This document shows, piece after piece, positions 1 through 7,904 of a DNA stretch of 64,000 nt. The translations under genes and the position numbers were made by a program. Source of the stretch: an uncultured virus (IMG/VR IMGVR_UViG_3300017732_000002) (Duplodnaviria; Heunggongvirae; Uroviricota; Caudoviricetes); the IMG/VR virus record IMGVR_UViG_3300017732_000002; one strand, written 5' to 3'. Under the pieces are notes generated by a model. The model worked only from the letters and a program-made list of their open reading frames with translations. It searched no databases and was not told where the DNA came from. Each line of letters opens with the position of its first letter. The first letter of the stretch is position 1.

Positions 1-237
1 ATCATCAAACTTCTTAGGGTCAAATGATATAGTCTTCCTACATGGATTTGTTATCTTAGCTGTTGATACTACCCACCATTGAGGTGCTGTCAAATTAACA
101 GGACGTGGTAAATCAGGTTGCATAATATCAATCTGAATTGGTTTGGAAGATATTTCTATCTGTTTCGTTGGTATTAGTGAACAACCACTAATCGCTATTG
201 TCAGGAACAGTAAGCTTATAAAGTTCTTCTGTATCAT
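1..237 (-). CDS. outer-membrane spanin (o-spanin, Rz1/PseT.2-like lipoprotein), 3' end truncated by window edge
   Basis: Not in ORF track; hand translation MIQKNFISLLFLTIAISGCSLIPTKQIEISSKPIQIDIMQPDLPRPV... has lipobox ISGC and Pro-rich mature part; overlaps end of i-spanin gene. Confidence 0.7.
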   Translation of the reverse strand, partial: MIQKNFISLLFLTIAISGCSLIPTKQIEISSKPIQIDIMQPDLPRPVNLTAPQWWVVSTAKITNPCRKTISFDPKKFDD

Positions 238-571
238 CTTCCATACTCTCCATTACTTTTTCACTTCCATTGTTAAACCTGTTGGTTATCAACCCTGGCT
301 TTTTCAATGCAAGCATATCTAGATTATGTCTAGCAAAGATTGCTAAGTATTCAGCTTTCTCTGCCTCTATTTCCGCATTTCTACGACTCATGTTCATAAG
401 AGATTTACCTTGTCTCTCATATGACTCTCTCAAGGCGTCCATAGCCTGTTTCTGTTCTTCTACTGCACTTTCTAACTTGATATTGTTAGCAGTCAAGGTC
501 TGATTCTGATTGTACATATAATAACTGAACAATCCTAGTGCAACCAACAGACCAATTAATAAATTCTGCAT
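188..571 (-). CDS. inner-membrane spanin (i-spanin, Rz/PseT.3-like)
   Basis: N-terminal TM helix followed by long coiled coil; overlapped by downstream lipoprotein gene. Confidence 0.7.
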   Translation of the reverse strand: MQNLLIGLLVALGLFSYYMYNQNQTLTANNIKLESAVEEQKQAMDALRESYERQGKSLMNMSRRNAEIEAEKAEYLAIFARHNLDMLALKKPGLITNRFNNGSEKVMESMEDDTEELYKLTVPDNSD

Positions 572-816
572 TAGTCCTCTACCTCTATTTTATAATTGAG
601 TCCAGCAGCTCCACGAATCTCTACTGGTCTCTTATCCGAATCAATGAAAGATAGAAATTTCTCTTTCTTCGTGATTATCTTTCTTACACCAGTGTAAACT
701 CTATCGTCTTTATCACCCCATTCGGCGTTATACGATACAGACACAATGTAACGTGTCATGAATAATGATTTTATCCATGACCATAGGTTCCAAAATTGTC
801 GTTTTAAAAAATCCAT
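571..816 (-). CDS. hypothetical protein
   Basis: ORF track 571..861; likely start MDFLKRQ at 816. Confidence 0.6.
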   Translation of the reverse strand: MDFLKRQFWNLWSWIKSLFMTRYIVSVSYNAEWGDKDDRVYTGVRKIITKKEKFLSFIDSDKRPVEIRGAAGLNYKIEVED

Positions 817-950
817 ACTAATAATAATGCCAATAAGAATCCTTTTGCAAATGATATCCACATTGCGTGGTATTCACTAATGTTAAAGAAGTCCATATAT
901 TTGTATACTTGTTGTTCATGCCAATCTAGAAATTTATGTAAATGTTCCAT
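804..950 (-). CDS. small hypothetical membrane protein (48 aa)
   Basis: Hand-found ORF MEHLHKFLDWHEQQ...KGFLLALLLVWIF with GGAGA SD. Confidence 0.6.
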   Translation of the reverse strand: MEHLHKFLDWHEQQVYKYMDFFNISEYHAMWISFAKGFLLALLLVWIF

Positions 951-959
951 ATGTTTCTC

Positions 960-1589
960 CTATGACCACTCAATCCAACCAGTGGTTATATATTTATGCC
1001 CTGAGATAGGTGGATTACCTCTGTGGACGTGTGTAAAGTAGCCTGGCCATACCAAGAAGTCACCCTTCTTTGGTTTGTATCTACAATGTTGATATAAGAA
1101 TTCTGTTTCACCACCCTCGTCAACGTCATTAAGATATAACATATATGCTAATACTCTATCACGTGTTTCTCTACCCATTGTCTCACAATGCCATAAATGA
1201 TATCCTTCGCCTGGTTCTGTTCGTTGTACCTTCGGAGGCTCAATCACTTTTATAAGGTCTCTTAGTTCTTGAAAGTAATGTTCTGTATATATTGGTAATA
1301 TGTCGTCTTGAATCTTTCTTACTAATTCAGAATTGCGGTCTGAGAATCTAGCTTCTTCGGTGGGTGGTAGTTTAGCATAAGACGGAGTTGAAGTATCTGA
1401 TTTTTCTAACTGGTTGTTTGTGTCATATTGTCCACGTACATTAATCTGACCATTATCTTTTACACAATGCCAATATTCAATTAATGAATCGCATTCTCTG
1501 TCGTCAAAGAATCCTCTGCAGTGCATTATAAAATTATTGTTAAGTTCTACGGATTCCCCGTTAGGAAAGTCCTTCGTCACTGTTTGCAT
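960..1589 (-). CDS. 2OG-Fe(II) oxygenase (prolyl-4-hydroxylase-like)
   Basis: YHLWHCE (HxD/E), YLNDVDEGGETEF, HRGNPP, KYITTGW motifs; track start 1610. Confidence 0.85.
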   Translation of the reverse strand: MQTVTKDFPNGESVELNNNFIMHCRGFFDDRECDSLIEYWHCVKDNGQINVRGQYDTNNQLEKSDTSTPSYAKLPPTEEARFSDRNSELVRKIQDDILPIYTEHYFQELRDLIKVIEPPKVQRTEPGEGYHLWHCETMGRETRDRVLAYMLYLNDVDEGGETEFLYQHCRYKPKKGDFLVWPGYFTHVHRGNPPISGHKYITTGWIEWS

Positions 1590-1998
1590 AATTATGTTTC
1601 CTATGGGCAAGTTTTTCTTCCCAGTTTTCTATTGCTTTATGGATTCCTTCCTCAGCAAGGACAGAACAATGGAGTTTGATGGCAGGCAACTCAAGAGCCT
1701 CTGCAATATCTTTATCTTTAATTTGTTTTGCCTGTTCAATTGTTCTACCTTTGAGCATTTCAACAAACATGGTTGATGATGCGATAGCAGAACCGCATCC
1801 ATAAGTTTTGAATTTGACATCTTCTATAATATCCCCATTCATTTTTAGGTCAAGTTTCATAACGTCACCACATGCTGGTGCACCTACTAGTCCTGTTGCA
1901 ACATTAGGGTCTTTAGGGTCGAACCTACCGACTGCATGTTTCTCAGGATTAGCTAATACGTCTTCAAATCTGTCTACTACCTTTTTACTATATGCCAT
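1561..1998 (-). CDS. iscU: Fe-S cluster assembly scaffold IscU
   Basis: GAPACGDVM, FKTYGCGSAIAS, LPAIKLHCSVLAE motifs with three conserved Cys. Confidence 0.95.
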   Translation of the reverse strand: MAYSKKVVDRFEDVLANPEKHAVGRFDPKDPNVATGLVGAPACGDVMKLDLKMNGDIIEDVKFKTYGCGSAIASSTMFVEMLKGRTIEQAKQIKDKDIAEALELPAIKLHCSVLAEEGIHKAIENWEEKLAHRKHNYANSDEGLS

Positions 1999-2002
1999 GT
2001 TT

Positions 2003-2010
2003 TATTTATA
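2003..2010 (-). promoter_or_regulatory. T4-type late promoter TATAAATA for iscU
   Basis: Exact gp55 consensus 4 nt upstream of ATG. Confidence 0.7.
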
Positions 2011-2011
2011 T

Positions 2012-2048
2012 AAAAAAATAGGGGAGTTTCTTTAAAGACTAAACTCCC
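2012..2048 (-). terminator. intrinsic terminator
   Basis: GGGAGTTT-N11-AAACTCCC hairpin followed by CTATTTTTTT on minus strand. Confidence 0.75.
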
Positions 2049-2275
2049 ACACCGAAAAATCGTCTCGCAATTTCAGTTATTGTATTTTTTCCTACGGACG
2101 TATAACTGGGCGCACATGCTCAAGACCCGTCCAAGAGAGTGTGGATTCAACCACTATTCAATACCCCTAAGCATATTGACCCCTCAAAATTGGTGAGTAC
2201 AACGGGCGGTTTTCTGTTGCTTCTTGTGCTTATAGTCATCTTCGCAATGAAGGTTCCACACACCACTCACACCAA
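2049..2275 (-). ncRNA. candidate structured non-coding RNA
   Basis: GC-richer ~230-nt intergenic stretch with multiple complementary segments, followed by terminator. Confidence 0.5.
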
Positions 2276-2830
2276 TCAAACGTGGTTAGTAACCGCAACT
2301 TCCTTTTGAAAGTCAAGGATATTACCACCATTTCTCAATGCTTTAAGTTGTTCGATAGTGTTAGCGGCACTAGTGTGAACTATACCGATACCACCCGCTT
2401 CAACCCAAGCGTCAATGTTCTTTTGTCTGTCGTCAATCAAGACTGCACCTTCAATAGCAAAGGCAGCTTTCTGACTACCACTGTAAGTACAAGTAGTGAC
2501 AACAAATGGGTCAACCCACTGTTTAATCCACTCTTGCTTATCATACACAACTGTTCTTCTGTTTATCGCACCAGCGGCTGTCAAGATTTCCCAAGGAACA
2601 CCAGTATGTTTTACATATCCGATTAGTTCATGGTAATCAACCATTGGTGGTAAGTTTCTGAACAGTCTTTTGTCAGTTAATTCTTGTTTTCTTTCGTCAT
2701 ATTCAGTGTGACCTTTAGCGTCAGCAGTAAGGGGTTTTCCTATCATTTCAGATACACCCTTAATGAAGTCAACTAGGACTCCGTCCATGTCAATAAAGAT
2801 TGTTTCTAATTTCACTTCTTTTTTCATCAT
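2276..2830 (-). CDS. HAD-family 5'(3')-deoxyribonucleotidase-like protein
   Basis: IFIDMDGVLVDF (DxD motif I), ILTA, K, LIDDR motif IV. Confidence 0.85.
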   Translation of the reverse strand: MMKKEVKLETIFIDMDGVLVDFIKGVSEMIGKPLTADAKGHTEYDERKQELTDKRLFRNLPPMVDYHELIGYVKHTGVPWEILTAAGAINRRTVVYDKQEWIKQWVDPFVVTTCTYSGSQKAAFAIEGAVLIDDRQKNIDAWVEAGGIGIVHTSAANTIEQLKALRNGGNILDFQKEVAVTNHV

Positions 2831-2836
2831 GTGTAT

Positions 2837-2866
2837 AGGCTAACATTAAAATAGGGTCATTGTCAA
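2837..2866 (-). promoter_or_regulatory. early sigma70-type promoter (class E)
   Basis: TTGACA-N18-TAGCCT-N6-ATG; same motif recurs at 48713, 51557, 51744. Confidence 0.75.
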
Positions 2867-3175
2867 GCGCTTTTCCGCTATTTTTTGACCTATTTTCTCT
2901 GCTTCAACCTCGTCTATCCCTTGCCTGGCAAGGACTTGACGGACATGCACCATTTCATGTGCAAGGGTTATCTCCCTTTCATCGTCTAATTTGACATATA
3001 TTGATATATCTCTTAGTTTTCCGTGTATTGGGTACTCAATATAACCTTGTTTTGGGTGTGGGTGTGGTAGGCGATAGATATGTACACGAATCTTCCGAGA
3101 ATCCTGAATACCTAACTCTCTTGCGTAGTAACAAGCACTCTCTTTCAGTGCTTTATATCTACTGTAGACCCTCAT
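2846..3175 (-). CDS. small zincin-like metallopeptidase
   Basis: TLAHEMVHVRQ HExxH motif with downstream E. Confidence 0.65.
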   Translation of the reverse strand: MRVYSRYKALKESACYYARELGIQDSRKIRVHIYRLPHPHPKQGYIEYPIHGKLRDISIYVKLDDEREITLAHEMVHVRQVLARQGIDEVEAEKIGQKIAEKRLTMTLF

Positions 3176-3338
3176 TTAACTCAATCACTCTTTCTTTCTT
3201 ATACCATATTTTACTGTAAACTTTTGTACTTCTCCACTTTCCGTCTACCATTTCTTCTATGACCCACCTAGGAGTTCCGAATGGACTCCTGTCACGCATA
3301 AGACGTGCTTTCTCTTTCTGTAATATCAATAATCTCAT
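3159..3338 (-). CDS. hypothetical protein (59 aa)
   Basis: Hand-found ORF MRLLILQKEKARLMRDRSPFGTPRW..., fills gap with TAATG coupling. Confidence 0.55.
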   Translation of the reverse strand: MRLLILQKEKARLMRDRSPFGTPRWVIEEMVDGKWRSTKVYSKIWYKKERVIELNEGLQ

Positions 3339-4042
3339 TAGAAATATCTACCTAACCATTTGCTTAATCTTTTGAATGATTCGTCTTCGGGATTGTATAC
3401 TTTAACAGGTGGTATTTGTGCTACCTCTTTTTTGACATAGTCATATGGTTTGTCTAAGTAATCAAACCAATTTATCATGTACATATCATCACATAATTTT
3501 GCACGTTGTTGTGCTTCTCTGATATATCTTCTGACTTTACGGAATCTTTTGAAACTGAGGGACATGACTTTTAGTTGAAATAACCATGAGATAATTTTAA
3601 ATCCTCTTTGGTATGCTTGATTTATCTCAAATTCTATTCTACAAAGTTCACCTATTCCGTCCTGTCCATAATCTGTCATTATGTGTGATACGTCATGTAA
3701 ATCCATATTCCAATAAGCATATGCCATGTTTGGATTAGGTGGTACATGTAAACTTGTTATGTCACTTGTTTTATCCCAGTTACCAAGAAACTCTTGTCTT
3801 ACTGCACCAACTGTACCTTTCTTAAATTTCTTATTTAATGGTAGTCTCTCACCTTTTAGATATCTTTTACCTTGAGGAGTTTCTTGCCATTCCTCAATTA
3901 TCTTTTTATATCCCTTACCGTTAAATGCGACATTTATCTCAACATAGGCCTGTGTGTCACCTTTGTTTTTTATAAGACGTTTGATTGCAGATATCCCTGC
4001 AGGTATATTAATTTCGTAGGCTTTGTAGACTTTTTCAGGCAT
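3338..4042 (-). CDS. Coq4-family (ubiquinone biosynthesis COQ4-like) protein
   Basis: GTVG ... DLHDVSHIMTDYGQDGIGE matches the HDxxH-x11-E metal motif of Coq4 proteins. Confidence 0.65.
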   Translation of the reverse strand: MPEKVYKAYEINIPAGISAIKRLIKNKGDTQAYVEINVAFNGKGYKKIIEEWQETPQGKRYLKGERLPLNKKFKKGTVGAVRQEFLGNWDKTSDITSLHVPPNPNMAYAYWNMDLHDVSHIMTDYGQDGIGELCRIEFEINQAYQRGFKIISWLFQLKVMSLSFKRFRKVRRYIREAQQRAKLCDDMYMINWFDYLDKPYDYVKKEVAQIPPVKVYNPEDESFKRLSKWLGRYF

Positions 4043-4199
4043 TTCTTAACTTTTCTCCACACTTTGGACACTTCAATGGGATATCAAGCAGTTTTGTGGC
4101 CGCATAATGTTTATCCCATTCCTCATCTATATTTATGACTGGTATGTCATGGAACATTTCTGACGGTAACGGGAATCCTATATGCTCAGTCTTCTTCAT
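4035..4199 (-). CDS. small hypothetical protein with CPKC motif (54 aa)
   Basis: Hand-found ORF MKKTEHIGFPLP...LKCPKCGEKLRNA. Confidence 0.55.
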   Translation of the reverse strand: MKKTEHIGFPLPSEMFHDIPVINIDEEWDKHYAATKLLDIPLKCPKCGEKLRNA

Positions 4200-4338
4200 C
4201 TATTTCTTCGAGTTGACCTTCGTCAATCTCAGCACCACAATAAGGACAATGCTGGATTGGATAATGGTGTTCGTCCATTTCAGAATATATCTCACATTCT
4301 GATTGACAATCTGTACAAAAAAGTTTAATTAAACTCAC
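4186..4338 (-). CDS. small zinc-ribbon protein (50 aa)
   Basis: GTG start; CTDC...CPYCG pairs and acidic tail. Confidence 0.65.
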   Translation of the reverse strand: MSLIKLFCTDCQSECEIYSEMDEHHYPIQHCPYCGAEIDEGQLEEIDEED

Positions 4339-4666
4339 TGTTGTATGTTCCCTCTTCTTTTACTAGGTAATTAGGTTTGTTGATTAAATGTGGCAATTCT
4401 AAATGTTTGCATATATTCTCGTAAGACTTAACCTTCCCATTCAATGTCACGAATGGTAAAGGCGTTTCCCCAATATCTTTGTATGTAAAATCTAAACCGC
4501 ATATGTAAATCCTTACTTCGTTTTCTACCCTATCTACGGTATCAAGCATATGTCTGTATCTGTCACAGTATACGTCTTGTTCCCTTTCAGTAGGAAGATA
4601 TAATTTATAACTGTCCACCTTTATGTAGTCCTTCAAGTTCAGTGTATCCACCGATATTTTCTTCAT
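4325..4666 (-). CDS. hypothetical protein, possibly degenerate glutaredoxin fold
   Basis: ORF track; GLDF...PLPFVTLNGK resembles the Grx cis-Pro region but has no CxxC. Confidence 0.45.
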   Translation of the reverse strand: MKKISVDTLNLKDYIKVDSYKLYLPTEREQDVYCDRYRHMLDTVDRVENEVRIYICGLDFTYKDIGETPLPFVTLNGKVKSYENICKHLELPHLINKPNYLVKEEGTYNSEFN

Positions 4667-4835
4667 TAACTATAATTTGTGGAAAGGTTCTGGCGCCAGG
4701 AAATTGTTCCAATACGTCTTCTCTCTGAAAGTCTTCTCCTAACTGTTTATATATAAAATCATATCCATTAGTTTCACATAGTCTCTTTGCCATGTCACAG
4801 TATGGACACTGTGTTTTTCCCCATATCTCTATCAT
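4605..4835 (-). CDS. glutaredoxin (NrdC-like)
   Basis: CPYC active site, ARTFPQI, IGGY motifs. Confidence 0.92.
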   Translation of the reverse strand: MIEIWGKTQCPYCDMAKRLCETNGYDFIYKQLGEDFQREDVLEQFPGARTFPQIIVNEENIGGYTELEGLHKGGQL

Positions 4836-5398
4836 TTGTTACTGTACTCCATGTTTATTTTAGAATGGTGTTCTTCGTCTGCTCTAACTTTCTTAATTAA
4901 GTCAGATAGTTTAGCACTCTTCTTCATTTTATAATAATCGATAGCGAGTTGTGGTGCAGGTATATTCTCTACTTCTCCACTCTCTACCAGTCTTAAATAC
5001 TCAGTGTATGATTTGACTGCTTCTTGTTCAAAGTATGCAATCATTCTATGTGCAGTTCTAAAGTCCACTATGTAAACTAAGAAGTAAAACAACATAAAAA
5101 TCATTTGTGCAAACAAAACTAGGTATCTTTCAAACCAGTTTGGATTTGCAATTTCTATGAAAAACATTAGGTGCATTCTTTCATTCTCTGCTTCTGCTAA
5201 CATTTCTCGTATCTGAGGCCCCCAACCAGTCTTCATTTTCCTGAGACTTTTGAGGTGTAACCACATACCAGCAACCATGCCTGGCACTCCTGCAACTGTT
5301 TCTAATACAACTGCTCTGTGTCCGTATCTATTTGCAAAAAATGTATCCGCAATGAAACGGAAAAACTTGGTCATGGATTTTGCAAATATATCTCTCAT
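4832..5398 (-). CDS. aox: alternative oxidase (ubiquinol oxidase, AOX)
   Basis: LETVAGVPGMVAGM, EAENERMHL, YFEQEAVKSY, RADEEHH diiron motifs. Confidence 0.93.
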   Translation of the reverse strand: MRDIFAKSMTKFFRFIADTFFANRYGHRAVVLETVAGVPGMVAGMWLHLKSLRKMKTGWGPQIREMLAEAENERMHLMFFIEIANPNWFERYLVLFAQMIFMLFYFLVYIVDFRTAHRMIAYFEQEAVKSYTEYLRLVESGEVENIPAPQLAIDYYKMKKSAKLSDLIKKVRADEEHHSKINMEYSNK

Positions 5399-5838
5399 TT
5401 CAATTCTGTTTCTATAAATTTACCGAGAGTTTGTATGTCTTGTTCTGATAACATTCCTGCCTGTCCCCACATAGTGGCTGACATAGCACCAACTTGTTCC
5501 CCATTCTTATACTGAGTCAATCTATTTATTATGTAATCTGAACTCTGTCCTGCGAGTCTAGGGAATGATGCGATACCTTGTCCTTCTTGACCATGACAGG
5601 CGGCACAACCTGCCCATAAACTTCTAATTGAACTGAACTCGTCTGCGTTTGCGAGTTCTTGTTTTGCTCTGAGTTGTTCTACTACTGTTCCATTGACTCT
5701 TACATACTCTTCATAACATTCACCTGAACAATTACTGTTTCTTGAATAACCTTTATATTCTAAGTCGGGATAGATAACCGTAGCGAAAAAGAGTGCAAGC
5801 AAAGTGCACCCAAATAATACCATTCCTAATTCTCTCAT
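5395..5838 (-). CDS. membrane-anchored class I cytochrome c (c553/c4-like)
   Basis: N-terminal TM, CAACHG heme motif, FPRLAGQ, distal Met in MWGQA. Confidence 0.9.
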   Translation of the reverse strand: MRELGMVLFGCTLLALFFATVIYPDLEYKGYSRNSNCSGECYEEYVRVNGTVVEQLRAKQELANADEFSSIRSLWAGCAACHGQEGQGIASFPRLAGQSSDYIINRLTQYKNGEQVGAMSATMWGQAGMLSEQDIQTLGKFIETELK

Positions 5839-5987
5839 ATGATTTGTAATATTATGTATATCAGTCCGATAACAAGTCCTAAAAATGCCACCAATAATAT
5901 GATAGCGGTTGTAAATAAGTTTAAAGGTGTTGGGTTAAAGTCTTCTTTACTCCCTGCACCCAGTAATAATTTAAATATCAATCTCAT
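5835..5987 (-). CDS. small membrane protein (50 aa)
   Basis: Hand-found ORF MRLIFKLLLGAGSKEDFNPTPLNLFTTAIILLVAFLGLVIG...; ATGA overlaps on both sides. Confidence 0.6.
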   Translation of the reverse strand: MRLIFKLLLGAGSKEDFNPTPLNLFTTAIILLVAFLGLVIGLIYIILQII

Positions 5988-6238
5988 GCGACATTTCTAT
6001 ATTTAGAATCGACACAATGACCATGCCAAGTTTTCATATCGTCATTACAGACATCGTCTTCAATCTTATCAATCCATTCTTTCATTTCTTCTTCGGGTTG
6101 TTTTCTTTTTCTCTCTGGCTTATCGCACATATATGTACCGTCTTTTTCATTGAAACACAATCCGTCAAGAGTTTCGATTGTGCTTACACAACCTGCAAGA
6201 TATACTGTAATCAGTGTTGTAAAAATTATTCTAGTCAT
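5984..6238 (-). CDS. small lipoprotein
   Basis: Signal peptide with lipobox LAGC. Confidence 0.65.
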   Translation of the reverse strand: MTRIIFTTLITVYLAGCVSTIETLDGLCFNEKDGTYMCDKPERKRKQPEEEMKEWIDKIEDDVCNDDMKTWHGHCVDSKYRNVA

Positions 6239-6791
6239 AAAATATTCCCATTGTAAATCTGTACATTGGAGCTTCTGTACTTGGTGGTCTTATTGCGTGA
6301 GTTACTCCTTCTCCTAACCATAGTACAGCTCCTGGCACGTATGGTACAGCGGCGTGGAATGTCTCTCCGTCATTTTCATAAATTATAGTTTCACCACCCC
6401 ATTTATTATGCCACTCAAGGTTTGCATAGTAAACTATAGAAGTTTGTTTTCTATGTGTATGAGGCCAAAACTGTTGTCCTTGATAAACCAAATTGACTGA
6501 ACAATATGTTGGTTTCTTATCCCCCATGATATCATGATATTCTTGACAGAACTCATCAGGTATACCTAAATCTCCGAAGTAATCAAATTTTGTTTTACCA
6601 TGTCTATCTCTTTCACCTTTTCTTGCTACGTGAGCAAGATAGTATGATTTTGAGAATGGTGCTTCAACTCCGTCATAATCATTCCAACCAAGGCGATAGT
6701 CCTTCTTAAGTAATTCCTGCCACACTGCAACCCTTAAGTTCATAGGTAAAGCATTTGGTATCAGTTTATATAAATCACTTTCTAATTTCAT
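6231..6791 (-). CDS. 2OG-Fe(II) oxygenase
   Basis: PHTH, YYANLEW, WGGET, HAIRPP, YRFT motifs (HxH variant of HxD). Confidence 0.75.
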   Translation of the reverse strand: MKLESDLYKLIPNALPMNLRVAVWQELLKKDYRLGWNDYDGVEAPFSKSYYLAHVARKGERDRHGKTKFDYFGDLGIPDEFCQEYHDIMGDKKPTYCSVNLVYQGQQFWPHTHRKQTSIVYYANLEWHNKWGGETIIYENDGETFHAAVPYVPGAVLWLGEGVTHAIRPPSTEAPMYRFTMGIFYD

Positions 6792-6806
6792 AATATAAAA
6801 TATATC

Positions 6807-7904
6807 TTACAGTTTAAATCCTTCAAATGTATCTTCTTGGATATCTTGTTTGATACCACCTATGACATAAGATTCAATCTCTGTCTCCTGTGGTGCGTTC
6901 TGTAGTCCTCTACTGTTGAACCAGTGTTTAGTCCAAGGCAATGGATTATTTGCACTAGAGATATCATACATTGCATTCAGGCCTATTGCTCTAAGTCTTT
7001 TGTTTGCTATGTACTCTACATATTGTCCAAGAAGTGGTACAGATAATCCTATCATAGAACCTTCTTTAAACAAGAACTCTGCCCATTCTTTCTCTTGATT
7101 CACTGCGTCCTCATACATTGAGTAAACTTCTTTCTCACAATCTTTCATAACCTTATGCATGATTTTATCTTTCTCATGGTTTGCATAACATTTTAGTATG
7201 TGTTGTGATACAGCAAGGTGTTGTGCTTCGTCTCTTGCAATAAGAGATAGTATCTTTGCACTGCCTTCCATGACTTTCAGTTCACCGAAAGCGAAGGAAC
7301 ACGCAAAGGATACAAAGAAGCGTATTCCCTCTAATATATTCACACTGATAAGTGCGAGATATAATGCTTTGTATAGTTCATAGTCGTCAACTTTTTGACC
7401 TAATAACTTCCTACGTCCTAGTTCAATGAAATGGTCGTATTTTTCCGTGACCATATCTGCCCTCTTAATGATTGCTTCTTCGTCTAATATGGTGTCAAAT
7501 ACGTCACTTGGGTCTGAGTATACATTCTTTATGATATGTGTATAACTTCTACTATGGATAGTCTCAAAGAAGTCCCATGTAATAATGCAAGACTCAAGTT
7601 CAGGAAGGGTCACGAATGGTAAGAACGATAATGCTGGTGCCCTACCCTGAACTGAGTCTAGCAAAGTCTGATACCTCAGATTAGAGGTGAATATATGTTT
7701 CTGTGATTTATTCAAAGAGGCATAGTCGTTCCTATCTTTCTGTAAAGATACCTCTTCGGGTCTCCAAAAGAATCCTAATTGTTTCTGTGTCAGTTTATCA
7801 AATATAGGATACTTGAAGTCGTCAAATCGTTGTGTGTTTAAGGCTTCACCAAAGAATATCTTCTCCTTGGTGTAGTCTACTTTGTTCCTGTTAAATACTG
7901 TCAT
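6807..7904 (-). CDS. nrdB: ribonucleotide reductase class Ia beta subunit
   Basis: FFWRPEEV, ETIHSRSY, EGIRFFVSF, RDEAQH, APQETEIESY. Confidence 0.97.
   Translation of the reverse strand: MTVFNRNKVDYTKEKIFFGEALNTQRFDDFKYPIFDKLTQKQLGFFWRPEEVSLQKDRNDYASLNKSQKHIFTSNLRYQTLLDSVQGRAPALSFLPFVTLPELESCIITWDFFETIHSRSYTHIIKNVYSDPSDVFDTILDEEAIIKRADMVTEKYDHFIELGRRKLLGQKVDDYELYKALYLALISVNILEGIRFFVSFACSFAFGELKVMEGSAKILSLIARDEAQHLAVSQHILKCYANHEKDKIMHKVMKDCEKEVYSMYEDAVNQEKEWAEFLFKEGSMIGLSVPLLGQYVEYIANKRLRAIGLNAMYDISSANNPLPWTKHWFNSRGLQNAPQETEIESYVIGGIKQDIQEDTFEGFKL

Noticed and set aside
2049..2275. tmRNA, tRNA or RNase P RNA
   Set aside because: No acceptor stem/T-arm with CCA, no tag reading frame ending in Ala-Ala, and no RNase P P4 consensus found.
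4832..5398. PTOX / cyanophage identity
   Set aside because: The motif ETVAGVPGMV is AOX-type rather than PTOX-type (ETIARVPYF), and no psbA, hli or pet genes occur in the window.
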